Below, in pieces: positions 35,601 to 53,600 of a stretch of DNA of 64,000 bases (the stretch's first letter is position 1; each line of letters starts with the position of its first letter). The DNA is taken from contig CAXHJY010001110.1 of the NCBI GenBank assembly GCA_964016885.1, positions 1-64,000 of the forward strand, written 5' to 3'. This DNA is from Eledone cirrhosa (Eukaryota). The translations under genes were made by a program, and so were the position numbers. The notes beneath the pieces were generated by a model that saw only the letters and a list, made by a program, of their open reading frames with translations, was not told the origin of the DNA and did not search any database.

Positions 35601-38600
35601 TACTACATTAGACACTATCATCCAATATCGGACCTGCCAACCTCTGGTATACTACATTAGACACTATCATCCAATATCGGACCTGCCAACCTCTGGTATA
35701 CTACATTAGACACTATCATCCAATATCGTACCTGCCAACCTCTGGTGTAATACATTAGACACTATCATCCAATATCGGACCTGCCAACCTCTGGTATACT
35801 ACATTAGACACTATCATCCAATATCGGACCTGCCAACCTCTGGTGTAATACATTAGACACTATCATCCAATATCGGACTTGCCAATCTCTGGTGTAATAC
35901 ATTAGACACTATCATCCAATATCGGACCTGCCAACCTCTGGTGTAATACATTAGACACTATCATCCAATATCGGACCTGCCAACCTCTGGTATACTACAT
36001 TAGACACTATCATCCAATATCGGACTTGCCAACCTCTGGTGTAATACATTAGACACTATCATCCAATATCGGACCTGCCAACCTCTGGTGTAATACATTA
36101 GACACTATCATCCAATATCGGACCTGCCAACCTCTGGTGTAATACATTAGACACTATCATCCAATATCGGACTTGCCAATCTCTGGTGTAATACATTAGA
36201 CACTATCATCCAATATCGGACCTGCCAACCTCTGGTATACTACATTAGACACTATCATCCAATATCGGACTTGCCAACCTCTGGTGTAATACATTAGACA
36301 CTATCATCCAATATCGGACCTGCCAACCTCTGGTATACTACATTAGACACTATCATCCAATATCGGACCTGCCAACCTCTGGTATACTACATTAGACACT
36401 ATCATCCAATATCGGACCTGCCAACCTCTGGTATACTACATTAGACACTATCATCCAATATCGGACCTGCCAACCTCTGGTATACTACATTAGACACTAT
36501 CATCCAATATCGGACTTGCCAACCTCTGGTGTAATACATTAGACACTATCATCCAATATCGGACCTGCCAACCTCTGGTATACTACATTAGACACTATCA
36601 TCCAATATCGGACCTGCCAACCTCTGGTATACTACATTAGACACTATCATCCAATATCGGACCTGCCAACCTCTGGTATACTACATTAGACACTATCATC
36701 CAATATCGGACTTGCCAATCTCTGGTGTAATACATTAGACACTATCATCCAATATCGGACCTGCCAACCTCTGGTATACTACATTAGACACTATCATCCA
36801 ATATCGGACTTGCCAACCTCTGGTGTAATACATTAGACACTATCATCCAATATCGGACCTGCCAACCTCTGGTATACTACATTAGACACTATCATCCAAT
36901 ATCGGACCTGCCAACCTCTGGTATACTACATTAGACACTATCATCCAATATCGGACTTGCCAACCTCTGGTGTAATACATTAGACACTATCATCCAATAT
37001 CGGACCTGCCAACCTCTGGTGTAATACATTAGACACTATCATCCAATATCGGACTTGCCAACCTCTGGTGTAATACATTAGACACTATCATCCAATATCG
37101 GACCTGCCAACCTCTGGTATACTACATTAGACACTATCATCCAATATCGGACTTGCCAACCTCTGGTATAATACATTAGACACTATCATCCAATATCGGA
37201 CCTGCCAACCTCTGGTGTAATACATTAGACACTATCATCCAATATCGGACCTGCCAACCTCTGGTGTAATACATTAGACACTATCATCCAATATCGGACC
37301 TGCCAACCTCTGGTGTAATACATTAGACACTATTATCCAATATCGGACCTGCCAACCTCTGGTATACTACATTAGACACTATCATCCAATATCGGACCTG
37401 CCAACCTCTGGTGTAATACATTAGACACTATCATCCAATATCGGACTTGCCAACCTCTGGTGTAATACATTAGACACTATCATCCAATATCGGACCTGTC
37501 AACCTCTGGTGTACTACATTAGACACTATCATCCAATATCGGACCTGCCAACCACTGGTATACTACATTAGACACTATCATCCAATATCGGACCTGCCAA
37601 CCTCTGGTGTAATACATTAGACACTATCATCCAATATAGGACATGCCAACCTCTGGTATACTACATTAGACACTATCATCCAATATCGGACCTGCCAACC
37701 TCTGGTATACTACAATAGACACTATCACCAATATCGGACCTGCCAACCTCTGGTATACTACATTAGACACTATCATCCAATATCGGACCTGCCAACCTCT
37801 GGTGTAATACATTAGACACTATCATCCAATATCGGACCTGCCAACCTCTGGTGTAATACATTAGACACTATCATCCAATATCGGACCTGCCAACCTCTGG
37901 TATACTACATTAGACACTATCATCCAATATCGGACCTGCCAACCTCTGGTATACTACATTAGACACTATCATCCAATATCGGACCTGCCAACCTCTGGTA
38001 TACTACATTAGACACTATCATCCAATATCGGACCTGCCAACGTCTGGTATACTACAATAGACACTATCATCCAATATCGGACCTGCCAACCTCTGGTATA
38101 CTACAATAGACACTATCATCCAATATCGGACCTGCCAACCTCTGGTGTAATACATTAGACACTATCATCCAATATCGGACCTGCCAACCTCTGGTATACT
38201 ACATTAGACACTATCATCCAATATCGTACCTGCCAACCTCTGGTATACTACATTAGACACTATCATCCAATATCGGACCTGCCAACCTCTGGTGTAATAC
38301 ATTAGACACTATCATCCAATATCGGACCTGCCAACCTCTGGTATACTACATTAGACACTATCATCCAATATCGTACCTGCCAACCTCTGGTATACTACAT
38401 TAGACACTATCATCCAATATCGGACCTGCCAACCTCTGGTGTAATACATTAGACACTATCATCCAATATCGGACCTGCCAACCTCTGGTGTAATACATTA
38501 GACACTATCATCCAATATCGGACCTGCCAACCTCTGGTATACTACATTAGACACTATCATCCAATATCGGACCTGTCAACCTCTGGTGTAATACATTAGA

Positions 38601-41600
38601 CACTATCATCCAATATCGGACCTGCCAACCTCTGGTATACTACATTAGACACTATCATCCAATATCGGACCTGCCAACCTCTGGTGTAATACATTAGACA
38701 CTATCATCCAATATCGGACCTGCCAACCTCTGGTGTAATACATTAGACACTATCATCCAATATCGGACCTGCCAACCTCTGGTGTAATACATTAGACACT
38801 ATCATCCAATATCGGACCTGTCAACCTCTGCTATACTACATTAGACACTATCATCCAATATCGGACCTGCCAACCTCTGGTATACTACATTAGACACTAT
38901 CATCCAATATCGGACCTGCCAACCTCTGGTGTAATACATTAGACACTATCATCCAATATCGGACCTGCCAACCTCTGGTGTAATACATTAGACACTATCA
39001 TCCAATATCGGACCTGCCAACCTCTGGTGTAATACATTAGACACTATCATCCAATATCGTACCTGCCAACCTCTGGTATACTACATTAGACACTATCATC
39101 CAATATCGGACCTGCGAACCTCTGGTATAATACATTAGACACTATCATCCAATATCGGACCTGCCAACCTCTGGTATACTACATTAGACACTATCATCCA
39201 ATATCGGACCTGCCAACCTCTGGTATAATACATTAGACACTATCATCCAATATCGGACCTGCCAACCTCTGTTATACTACATTAGACACTATCATCCAAT
39301 ATCGGACCTGCCAACCTCTGGTGTAATACATTAGACACTATCATCCAATATCGGACCTGCCAACCTCTGGTATAATACATTAGACACTATCATCCAATAT
39401 CGGACCTGCCAACCTCTGGTATACTACATTAGACACTATCATCCAATATCGGACCTGCGAACCTCTGGTATAATACATTAGACACTATCATCCAATATCG
39501 GACCTGCCAACCTCTGGTATACTACATTAGACACTATCATCCAATATCGGACCTGCCAACCTCTGGTATAATACATTAGACACTATCATCCAATATCGGA
39601 CTTGCCAACCTCTGGTATACTACATTAGACACTATCATCCAATATCGGACCTGCCAACCTCTGGTGTAATACATTAGACACTATCATCCAATATCGGACC
39701 TGCCAACCTCTGGTGTAATACATTAGACACTATCATCCAATATCGGACCTGCCAACCTCTGGTGTAATACATTAGACACTATCATCCAATATCGGACCTG
39801 CCAACCTCTGGTATACTACATTAGACACTATCATCCAATATCGGACCTGCCAACCTCTGGTATACTACATTAGACACTATCATCCAATATCGGACTTGCC
39901 AACCTCTGGTGTAATACATTAGACACTATCATCCAATATCGGACCTGCCAACCTCTGGTATACTACAATAGACACTATCATCCAATATCGGACCTGCCAA
40001 CCTCTGGTATACTACATTAGACACTATCATCCAATATCGGACCTGTCAACCTCTGCTATACTACATTAGACACTATCATCCAATATCGGACCTGCCAACC
40101 TCTGGTGTAATACATTAGACACTATCATCCAATATCGGACCTGCCAACCTCTGGTGTAATACATTAGACACTATCATCCAATATCGGACCTGCCAACCTC
40201 TGGTATACTACATTAGACACTATCATCCAATATCGGACCTGCCAACCTCTGGTATACTACATTAGACACTATCATCCAATATCGGACCTGCCAACCTCCG
40301 GTGTAATACATTAGACACTATCATCCAATATCGGACCTGCCAACCTCTGGTGTAATACATTAGACACTATCATCCAATATCGGACCTGCCAACCTCTGGT
40401 ATACTACATTAGACACTATCATCCAATATCGGACCTGCCAACCTCTGGTATACTACATTAGACACTATCATCCAATATCCGACCTGCCAACCTCTGGTGT
40501 AATACATTAGACACTATCATCCAATATCGGACCTGCCAACCTCTGGTATACTACATTAGACACTATCATCCAATATCGGACCTGCCAACCTCTGGTATAC
40601 TACATTAGACACTATCATCCAATATCGGACCTGCCAACCTCTGGTATACTACATTAGACACTATCATCCAATATCGTACCTGCCAACCTCTGGTGTAATA
40701 CATTAGACACTATCATCCAATATCGGACCTGCCAACCTCTGGTATACTACATTAGACACTATCATCCAATATCGGACCTGCCAACCTCTGGTGTAATACA
40801 TTAGACACTATCATCCAATATCGGACCTGCCAACCTCTGGTGTAATACATTAGACACTATCATCCAATATCGGACCTGCCAACCTCTGGTGTAATACATT
40901 AGACACTATTATCCAATATCGGACCTGCCAACCTCTGGTATACTACATTAGACACTATCATCCAATATCGGACCTGCCAACCTCTGGTGTAATACATTAG
41001 ACACTATCATCCAATATCGGACTTGCCAACCTCTGGTGTAATACATTAGACACTATCATCCAATATCGGACCTGTCAACCTCTGGTGTACTACATTAGAC
41101 ACTATCATCCAATATCGGACCTGCCAACCACTGGTATACTACATTAGACACTATCATCCAATATCGGACCTGCCAACCTCTGGTGTAATACATTAGACAC
41201 TATCATCCAATATAGGACATGCCAACCTCTGGTATACTACATTAGACACTATCATCCAATATCGGACCTGCCAACCTCTGGTATACTACAATAGACACTA
41301 TCACCAATATCGGACCTGCCAACCTCTGGTATACTACATTAGACACTATCATCCAATATCGGACCTGCCAACCTCTGGTGTAATACATTAGACACTATCA
41401 TCCAATATCGGACCTGCCAACCTCTGGTGTAATACATTAGACACTATCATCCAATATCGGACCTGCCAACCTCTGGTATACTACATTAGACACTATCATC
41501 CAATATCGGACCTGCCAACCTCTGGTATACTACATTAGACACTATCATCCAATATCGGACCTGCCAACCTCTGGTATACTACATTAGACACTATCATCCA

Positions 41601-44600
41601 ATATCGGACCTGCCAACGTCTGGTATACTACAATAGACACTATCATCCAATATCGGACCTGCCAACCTCTGGTATACTACAATAGACACTATCATCCAAT
41701 ATCGGACCTGCCAACCTCTGGTGTAATACATTAGACACTATCATCCAATATCGGACCTGCCAACCTCTGGTATACTACATTAGACACTATCATCCAATAT
41801 CGTACCTGCCAACCTCTGGTATACTACATTAGACACTATCATCCAATATCGGACCTGCCAACCTCTGGTGTAATACATTAGACACTATCATCCAATATCG
41901 GACCTGCCAACATCTGGTATACTACATTAGACACTATCATCCAATATCGTACCTGCCAACCTCTGGTATACTACATTAGACACTATCATCCAATATCGGA
42001 CCTGCCAACCTCTGGTGTAATACATTAGACACTATCATCCAATATCGGACCTGCCAACCTCTGGTGTAATACATTAGACACTATCATCCAATATCGGACC
42101 TGCCAACCTCTGGTATACTACATTAGACACTATCATCCAATATCGGACCTGTCAACCTCTGGTGTAATACATTAGACACTATCATCCAATATCGGACCTG
42201 CCAACCTCTGGTATACTACAATAGACACTATCATCCAATATCGGACCTGCCAACCTCTGGTGTAATACATTAGACACTATCATCCAATATCGGACCTGCC
42301 AACCTCTGGTGTAATACATTAGACACTATCATCCAATATCGGACCTGCCAACCTCTGGTGTAATACATTAGACACTATCATCCAATATCGGACCTGTCAA
42401 CCTCTGCTATACTACATTAGACACTATCATCCAATATCGGACCTGCCAACCTCTGGTATACTACATTAGACACTATCATCCAATATCGGACCTGCCAACC
42501 TCTGGTGTAATACATTAGACACTATCATCCAATATCGGACCTGCCAACCTCTGGTGTAATACATTAGACACTATCATCCAATATCGGACCTGCCAACCTC
42601 TGGTGTAATACATTAGACACTATCATCCAATATCGTACCTGCCAACCTCTGGTATACTACATTAGACACTATCATCCAATATCGGACCTGCGAACCTCTG
42701 GTATAATACATTAGACACTATCATCCAATATCGGACCTGCCAACCTCTGGTATACTACATTAGACACTATCATCCAATATCGGACCTGCCAACCTCTGGT
42801 ATAATACATTAGACACTATCATCCAATATCGGACCTGCCAACCTCTGTTATACTACATTAGACACTATCATCCAATATCGGACCTGCCAACCTCTGGTGT
42901 AATACATTAGACACTATCATCCAATATCGGACCTGCCAACCTCTGGTATAATACATTAGACACTAACATCCAATATCGGACCTGCCAACCTCTGGTATAC
43001 TACATTAGACACTATCATCCAATATCGGACCTGCGAACCTCTGGTATAATACATTAGACACTATCATCCAATATCGGACCTGCCAACCTCTGGTATACTA
43101 CATTAGACACTATCATCCAATATCGGACCTGCCAACCTCTGGTATAATACATTAGACACTATCATCCAATATCGGACTTGCCAACCTCTGGTATACTACA
43201 TTAGACACTATCATCCAATATCGGACCTGCCAACCTCTGGTGTAATACATTAGACACTATCATCCAATATCGGACCTGCCAACCTCTGGTGTAATACATT
43301 AGACACTATCATCCAATATCGGACCTGCCAACCTCTGGTGTAATACATTAGACACTATCATCCAATATCGGACCTGCCAACCTCTGGTATACTACATTAG
43401 ACACTATCATCCAATATCGGACCTGCCAACCTCTGGTATACTACATTAGACACTATCATCCAATATCGGACTTGCCAACCTCTGGTGTAATACATTAGAC
43501 ACTATCATCCAATATCGGACCTGCCAACCTCTGGTATACTACATTAGACACTATCATCCAATATCGGACCTGCCAACCTCTGGTATACTACATTAGACAC
43601 TATCATCCAATATCGGACCTGTCAACCTCTGCTATACTACATTAGACACTATCATCCAATATCGGACCTGCCAACCTCTGGTGTAATACATTAGACACTA
43701 TCATCCAATATCGGACCTGCCAACCTCTGGTGTAATACATTAGACACTATCATCCAATATCGGACCTGCCAACCTCTGGTATACTACATTAGACACTATC
43801 ATCCAATATCGGACCTGCCAACCTCTGGTATACTACATTAGACACTATCATCCAATATCGGACCTGCCAACCTCCGGTGTAATACATTAGACACTATCAT
43901 CCAATATCGGACCTGCCAACCTCTGGTGTAATACATTAGACACTATCATCCAATATCGGACCTGCCAACCTCTGGTATACTACATTAGACACTATCATCC
44001 AATATCGGACCTGCCAACCTCTGGTATACTACATTAGACACTATCATCCAATATCGGACCTGCCAACCTCTGGTATACTACATTAGACACTATCATCCAA
44101 TATCGTACCTGCCAACCTCTGGTGTAATACATTAGACACTATCATCCAATATCGGACCTGCCAACCTCTGGTATACTACATTAGACACTATCATCCAATA
44201 TCGGACCTGCCAACCTCTGGTGTAATACATTAGACACTATCATCCAATATCGGACTTGCCAATCTCTGGTGTAATACATTAGACACTATCATCCAATATC
44301 GGACCTGCCAACCTCTGGTGTAATACATTAGACACTATCATCCAATATCGGACCTGCCAACCTCTGGTACTCTACATTAGACACTATCATCCAATATCGG
44401 ACTTGCCAACCTCTGGTGTAATACATTAGACACTATCATCCAATATCGGACCTGCCAACCTCTGGTGTAATACATTAGACACTATCATCCAATATCGGAC
44501 CTGCCAACCTCTGGTGTAATACATTAGACACTATCATCCAATATCGGACTTGCCAATCTCTGGTGTAATACATTAGACACTATCATCCAATATCGGACTT

Positions 44601-47600
44601 GCCAACCTCTGGTATACTACATTAGACACTATCATCCAATATCGGACTTGCCAACCTCTGGTGTAATACATTAGACACTATCATCCAATATCGGACCTGC
44701 CAACCTCTGGTATACTACATTAGACACTATCATCCAATATCGGACTTGCCAACCTCTGGTGTAATACATTAGACACTATCATCCAATATCGGACCTGCCA
44801 ACCTCTGGTGTAATACATTAGACACTATCATCCAATATCGGACTTGCCAACCTCTGGTGTAATACATTAGACACTATCATCCAATATCGGACCTGCCAAC
44901 CTCTGGTATACTACATTAGACACTATCATCCAATATCGGACTTGCCAACCTCTGGTATAATACATTAGACACTATCATCCAATATCGGACCTGCCAACCT
45001 CTGGTGTAATACATTAGACACTATCATCCAATATCGGACCTGCCAACCTCTGGTGTAATACATTAGACACTATCATCCAATATCGGACCTGCCAACCTCT
45101 GGTGTAATACATTAGACACTATTATCCAATATCGGACCTGCCAACCTCTGGTATACTACATTAGACACTATCATCCAATATCGGACCTGCCAACCTCTGG
45201 TGTAATACATTAGACACTATCATCCAATATCGGACCTGCCAACCTCTGGTATACTACATTAGACACTATCATCCAATATCGGACTTGCCAACCTCTGGTA
45301 TAATACATTAGACACTATCATCCAATATCGGACCTGCCAACCTCTGGTGTAATACATTAGACACTATCATCCAATATCGGACCTGCCAACCTCTGGTGTA
45401 ATACATTAGACACTATCATCAAATATCGGACCTGCCAACCTCTGGTATATTACATTAGACACTATCATCCAATATCGGACCTGCCAACCTCTGGTGTAAT
45501 ACATTAGACACTATCATCCAATATCGGACCTGCCAACCTCTGGTGTAATACATTAGACACTATCATCCAATATCGGACCTGCCAACCTCTGGTATACTAC
45601 ATTAGACACTATCATCCAATATCGGACTTGCCAACCTCTGGTATAATACATTAGACACTATCATCCAATATCGGACCTGCCAACCTCTGGTGTAATACAT
45701 TAGACACTATCATCCAATATCGGACCTGCCAACCTCTGGTGTAATACATTAGACACTATCATCCAATATCGGACTTGCCAACCTCTGGTGTAATACATTA
45801 GACACTATCATCCAATATCGGACCTGTCAACCTCTGGTGTACTACATTAGACACTATCATCCAATATCGGACCTGCCAACCTCTGGTATACTACATTAGA
45901 CACTATCATCCAATATCGGACCTGCCAACCTCTGGTGTAATACATTAGACACTATCATCCAATATCGGACATGCCAACCTCTGGTATACTACATTAGACA
46001 CTATCATCCAATATCGGACCTGCCAACCTCTGGTATACTACATTAGACACTATCATCCAATATCGGACCTGCCAACCTCTGGTGTAATACATTAGACACT
46101 ATCATCCAATATCGGACTTGCCAACCTCTGGTGTAATACATTAGACACTATCATCCAATATCGGACCTGTCAACCTCTGGTGTACTACATTAGACACTAT
46201 CATCCAATATCGGACCTGCCAACCACTGGTATACTACATTAGACACTATCATCCAATATCGGACCTGCCAACCTCTGGTGTAATACATTAGACACTATCA
46301 TCCAATATAGGACATGCCAACCTCTGGTATACTACATTAGACACTATCATCCAATATCGGACCTGCCAACCTCTGGTATACTACAATAGACACTATCATC
46401 CAATATCGGACCTGCCAACCTCTGGTATACTACATTAGACACTATCATCCAATATCGGACCTGCCAACCTCTGGTTTACTACATTAGACACTATCATCCA
46501 ATATCGGACCTGCCAACCTCTGGTGTAATACATTAGACACAATCATCGAATATCGGACCTGCCAACCTCTGGTGTAATACATTAGACACTATCATCCAAT
46601 ATCGGACCTGCCAACCTCTGGTATACTACATTAGACACTATCATCCAATATCGGACCTGCCAACCTCTGGTATACTACATTAGACACTATCATCCAATAT
46701 CGGACCTGCCAACCTCTGGTATACTACATTAGACACTATCATCCAATATCGGACCTGCCAACGTCTGGTATACTACAATAGACACTATCATCCAATATCG
46801 GACCTGCCAACCTCTGGTATACTACAATAGACACTATCATCCAATATCGGACCTGCCAACCTCTGGTGTAATACATTAGACACTATCATCCAATATCGGA
46901 CCTGCCAACCTCTGGTATACTACATTAGACACTATCATCCAATATCGTACCTGCCAACCTCTGGTATACTACATTAGACACTATCATCCAATATCGGACC
47001 TGCCAACCTCTGGTATACTACATTAGACACTATCATCCAATATCGTACCTGCCAACCTCTGGTATACTACATTAGACACTATCATCCAATATCGGACCTG
47101 CCAACCTCTGGTATACTACATTAGACACTATCATCCAATATCGGACCTGTCAACCTCTGGTGTAATACATTAGACACTATCATCCAATATCGGACCTGCC
47201 AACCTCTGGTATACTACATTAGACACTATCATCCAATATCGGACCTGCCAACCTCTGGTGTAATACATTAGACACTATCATCCAATATCGGACCTGCCAA
47301 CCTCTGGTGTAATACATTAGACACTATCATCCAATATCGGACCTGCCAACCTCTGGTGTAATACATTAGACACTATCATCCAATATCGGACCTGTCAACC
47401 TCTGCTATACTACATTAGACACTATCATCCAATATCGGACCTGCCAACCTCTGGTATACTACATTAGACACTATCATCCAATATCGGACCTGCCAACCTC
47501 TGGTGTAATACATTAGACACTATCATCCAATATCGGACCTGCCAACCTCTGGTGTAATACATTAGACACTATCATCCAATATCGGACCTGCCAACCTCTG

Positions 47601-50600
47601 GTGTAATACATTAGACACTATCATCCAATATCGGACTTGCCAACCTCTGGTGTAATACATTAGACACTATCATCCAATATCGGACTTGTCAACCTCTGGT
47701 ATACTACATTAGACACTATCATCCAATATCGGACCTGCCAACCTCTGGTGTAATACATTAGAAACTATCATCCAATATCGGACCTGCCAACCTCTGGTAT
47801 ACTACATTAGACACTATCATCCAATATCGGACCTGCCAACCTCTGGTATACTACAATAGACACTATCATCCAATATCGGACCTGCCAACCTCTGGTATAC
47901 TACATTAGACACTATCATCCAATATCGGACCTGCCAACCTCTGGTATACTACAATAGACACTATCATCCAATATCGGACCTGTCAACCTCTGGTATACTA
48001 CAATAGACACTATCATCCAATATCGGACCTGTCAACCTCTGCTATACTACATTAGACACTATCATCCAATATCGGACCTGCCAACCTCTGGTATACTACA
48101 TTAGACACTATCATCCAATATCGGACCTGCCAACCTCTGGTGTAATACATTAGACACTATCATCCAATATCGGACCTGCCAACCTCTGGTGTAATACATT
48201 AGACACTATCATCCAATATCGGACCTGCCAACCTCTGGTGTAATACATTAGACACTATCATCCAATATCGGACCTGCCAACCTCTGGTATACTACATTAG
48301 ACACTATCATCCAATATCGGACCTGCCAACCTCTGGTATACTACAATAGACACTATCATCCAATATCGGACCTGCCAACCTCTGGCATACTACATTAGAT
48401 ACTATCATCCAATATCGGACCTGCCAACCTCTGGTATAATACATTAGACACTATCATCCAATATCGGACCTGCCAACCTCTGGTATACTACATTAGACAC
48501 TATCATCCAATATCGGACCTGCCAACCTCTGGTATACTACATTAGACACTATCATCCAATATCGGACTTGCCAACCTCTGGTGTAATACATTAGACACTA
48601 TCCTCCAATATCGGACCTGCCAACCTCTGGTATACTACATTAGACACTATCATCCAATATCGGACCTGCCAACCTCTGGTGTAATACATTAGACACTATC
48701 ATCCAATATCGGACCTGCCAACCTCTGGTGTAATACATTAGACACTATCATCCAATATCGGACCTGCCAACCTCTGGTGTAATACATTAGACACTATCAT
48801 CCAATATCGGACCTGCCAACCTCTGGTATACTACATTAGACACTATCATCCAATATCGGACCTGCCAACCTCTGATGTAATACATTAGACACTATCATCC
48901 AATATCGGACCTGCCAACCGCTGGTATACTACATTAGACACTATCATCCAATATCGGACCTGCCAACCTCTGGTATACTACATTAGACACTATCATCCAA
49001 TATCGGACCTGCCAACCTCTGGTATACTACATTAGACACTATCATCCAATATCGGACCTGCCAACCTCTGGTATACTACATTAGACACTATCATCCAATA
49101 TCGGACCTGCCAACCTCTGGTATAATACATTAGACACTATCATCCAATATCGGACCTGCCAAACTCTGGTATACTACATTAGACACTATCATCCAATATC
49201 GGACCTGTCAACCTCTGCTATACTACATTAGACACTATCATCCAATATCGGACCTGCCAACCTCTGGTGTAATACATTAGACACTATCATCCAATATCGG
49301 ACCTGCCAACCTCTGGTGTAATACATTAGACACTATCATCCAATATCGGACCTGCCAACCTCTGGTGTAATACATTAGACACTATCATCCAATATCGGAC
49401 CTGCCAACCTCTGGTGTAATACAATAGACACTATCATCCAATATCGGACCTGCCAACCTCTGGTATACTACATTAGACACTATCATCCAATATCGGACCT
49501 GCCAACCTCTGGTGTAATACATTAGACACTATCATCCAATATCGGACCTGCCAACCTCTGGTGTAATACAATAGACACTATCATCCAATATCGGACCTGC
49601 CAACCTCTGGTATACTACATTAGACACTATCATCCAATATCGGACCTGCCAACCTCTGGTATACTACAATAGACACTATCATCCAATATCGGACCTGCCA
49701 ACCTCTGGTATACTACATTAGACACTATCATCCAATATCGGACCTGCCAACCTCTGGTATACTACATTAGACACTATCATCCAATATCGGACCTGCCAAC
49801 CTCTGGTGAAATACATTAGACACTATCATCCAATATCGGACCTGCCAACCTCTGGTATACTACATTAGACACTATCATCCAATATCGGACCTGCCAACCT
49901 CTGGTGTAATACATTAGACACTATCATCCAATATCGGACCTGCCAACCTCTGGTGTAATACATCAGACACTATCATCCAATATCGGACTTGCCAACCTCT
50001 GGTGTAATACATTAGACACTATCATCCAATATCGGACCTGTCAACCTCTGGTATACTACATTAGACACTATCATCCAATATCGGACCTGCCAACCTCTGG
50101 TGTAATACATTAGACACTATCATCCAATATCGGACCTGCCAACCTCTGGTATACTACATTAGACACTATCATCCAATATCGGACCTGCCAACCTCTGGTA
50201 TACTACAATAGACACTATCATCCAATATCGGACCTGCCAACCTCTGGTGTAATACATTAGACACTATCATCCAATATCGGACCTGCCAACCTCTGGTGTA
50301 ATACATTGGACACTATCATCCAATATCGGACTTGCCAACCTCTGGTGTAATACATTAGACACTATCATCCAATATCGGACCTGCCAACCTCTGGTATACT
50401 ACATTAGACACTATCATCCAATATCGGACCTGCCAAGCTCTGGTGTAATAGATTAGACACTATCATCCAATATCGGACCTGCCAACCTCTGGTATAATAC
50501 ATTAGACACTATCATCCAATATCGGACCTGCCAACCTCTGGTGTAATACATTAGACACTATCATCCAATATCGGACTTGCCAACCTCTGGTGTAATACAT

Positions 50601-53600
50601 TAGACACGATCATCCAATATCGGACCTGCCAACCTCTGGTATACTACATTAGACACTATCATCCAATATCGGACTTGCCAACCTCTGGTGTAATACATTA
50701 GACACTATCATCCAATATCGGACCTGCCAACCTCTGGTATAATACATTACACACTATCATCCAATATCGGACTTGCCAACCTCTGGTGTAATACATTAGA
50801 CACTATCATCCAATATCGGACCTGCCAACCTCTGGTATACTACATTAGACACTATCATCCAATATCGGACCTGCCAACCTCTGGTGTAATACATTAGACA
50901 CTATCATCCAATATCGGACCTGCCAACCTCTGGTGTAATACATTAGACACTATCATCCAATATCGGACCTGCCAACCTCTGGTATACTACATTAGACACT
51001 ATCATCCAATATCGTACCTGCCAACCTCTGGTATACTACATTAGACACTATCATCCAATATCGGACCTGCCAACCTCTGGTGTAATACATTAGACACTAT
51101 CATCCAATATCGGACCTGCCAACCTCTGGTGTAATACATTAGACACTATCATCCAATATCGGACCTGCCAACCTCTGGTATACTACATTAGACACTATCA
51201 TCCAATATCGGACCTGCCAACCTCTGGTGTAATACATTAGACACTATCATCCAATATCGGACCTGCCAACCGCTGGTATACAATATTAGACACTATCATC
51301 CAATATCGGACCTGCCAACCTCTGGTATACTACATTAGACACTATCATCCAATATCGGACCTGCCAACCTCTGGTATACTACATTAGACACTATCATCCA
51401 ATATCGGACCTGCCAACCTCTGGTATACTACATTAGACACTATCATCCAATATCGGACCTGCCAACCTCTGGTGTAATACATTAGACACTATCATCCAAT
51501 ATCGGACCTGCCAACCTCTGGTGTAATACATTAGACACTATCATCCAATATCGGACCTGCCAACCTCTGGTGTAATACATTAGACACTATCATCCAATAT
51601 CGGACCTGCCAACGTCTGGTATACTACATTAGACACTATCATCCAATATCGGACCTGCCAACCTCTGGTATACTACAATAGACACTATCATCCAATATCG
51701 GACCTGCCAACCTCTGGTATACTACATTAGACACTATCATCCAATATCGGACCTGCCAACCTGTGGTATACTACATTAGACACTATCATCCAATATCGGA
51801 CCTGCCAACCTCTGGTATACTACATTAGACACTATCATCCAATATCGGACCTGCCAACCTCTGGTGTAATACATTAGACACTATCATCCAATATCGGACC
51901 TGCCAACCTCTGGTATACTACATTAGACACTATCATCCAATATCGGACCTGCCAACCTCTGGTGTAATACATTAGACACTATCATCCAATATCGGACCTG
52001 CCAACCTCTGGTATACTACATTAGACACTATCATCCAATATCGGACCTGCCAACCTCTGGTATACTACATTAGACACTATCATCCAATATCGGACCTGCC
52101 AACCTCTGGAATACTACACTAGACACTATCATGCAATATCGGACCTGCCAACCTCTGGTGTAATACATTAGACGCTATAATCCAATATCGGACCTGCCAA
52201 CCTCTGGTATACTACATTAGACACTATCATCCAATATCGGACCTGCCAACCTCTGGTATACTACATTAGACACTATCATCCAATATCGGACCTGCCAACC
52301 TCTGGTATACTACATTAGACACTATTATCCACTATCGGACCTGCCAACCTCTGGTATAATACATTAGACACTATCATCCAATATCGGACCTGCCAACCTC
52401 TGGTATACTACATTAGACACTATCATCCAATATCGGACCTGTCAACCTCTGCTATACTACATTAGACACTATCATCCAATATCGGACCTGCCAACCTCTG
52501 GTGTAATACATTAGACACTATCATCCAATATCGGACCTGCCAACCTCTGGTGTAATACAATAGACACTATCATCCAATATCGGACCTGCCAAACTCTGGT
52601 ATACTACATTAGACACTATCATCCAATATCGGACCTGCCAACCTCTGGTGTAATACATTAGACACTATCATCCAATATCGGACCTGCCAACCTCTGGTGT
52701 AATACAATAGACACTATCATCCAATATCGGACATGCCAACCTCTGGTATACTACATTAGACACTATCATCCAATATCGGACCTGCCAACCTCTGGTATAC
52801 TACAATAGACACTATCATCCAATATCGGACCTGCCAACCTCTGGTATACTACATTAGACACTATCATCCAATATCGGACCTGCCAACCTCTGGTATACTA
52901 CATTAGACACTATCATCCAATATCGGACCTGCCAACCTCTGGTGAAATACATTAGACACTATCATCCAATATCGGACCTGCCAACCTCTGGTATACTACA
53001 TTAGACACTATCATCCAATATCGGACCTGCCAACCTCTGGTGTAATACATTAGACACTATCATCCAATATCGGACCTACCAACCTCTGGTGTAATACATT
53101 AGACACTATCATCCAATATCGGACTTGCCAACCTCTGGTGTAATACATTAGACACTATCATCCAATATCGGACCTGTCAACCTCTGGTATACTACATTAG
53201 ACACTATCATCCAATATCGGACCTGCCAACCTCTGGTGTAATACATTAGACACTATCATCCAATATCGGACCTGCCAACCTCTGGTATACTACATTAGAC
53301 ACTATCATCCAATATCGGACCTGCCAACCTCTGGTATACTACAATAGACACTATCATCCAATATCGGACCTGCCAACCTCTGGTGTAATACATTAGACAC
53401 TATCATCCAATATCGGACCTGCCAACCTCTGGTGTAATACATTAGACACTATCATCCAATATCGGACTTGCCAACCTCTGGTGTAATACATTAGACACTA
53501 TCATCCAATATCGGACCTGCCAACCTCTGGTATACTACATTAGACACTATCATCCAATATCGGACCTGCCAAGCTCTGGTGTAATACATTAGACACTATC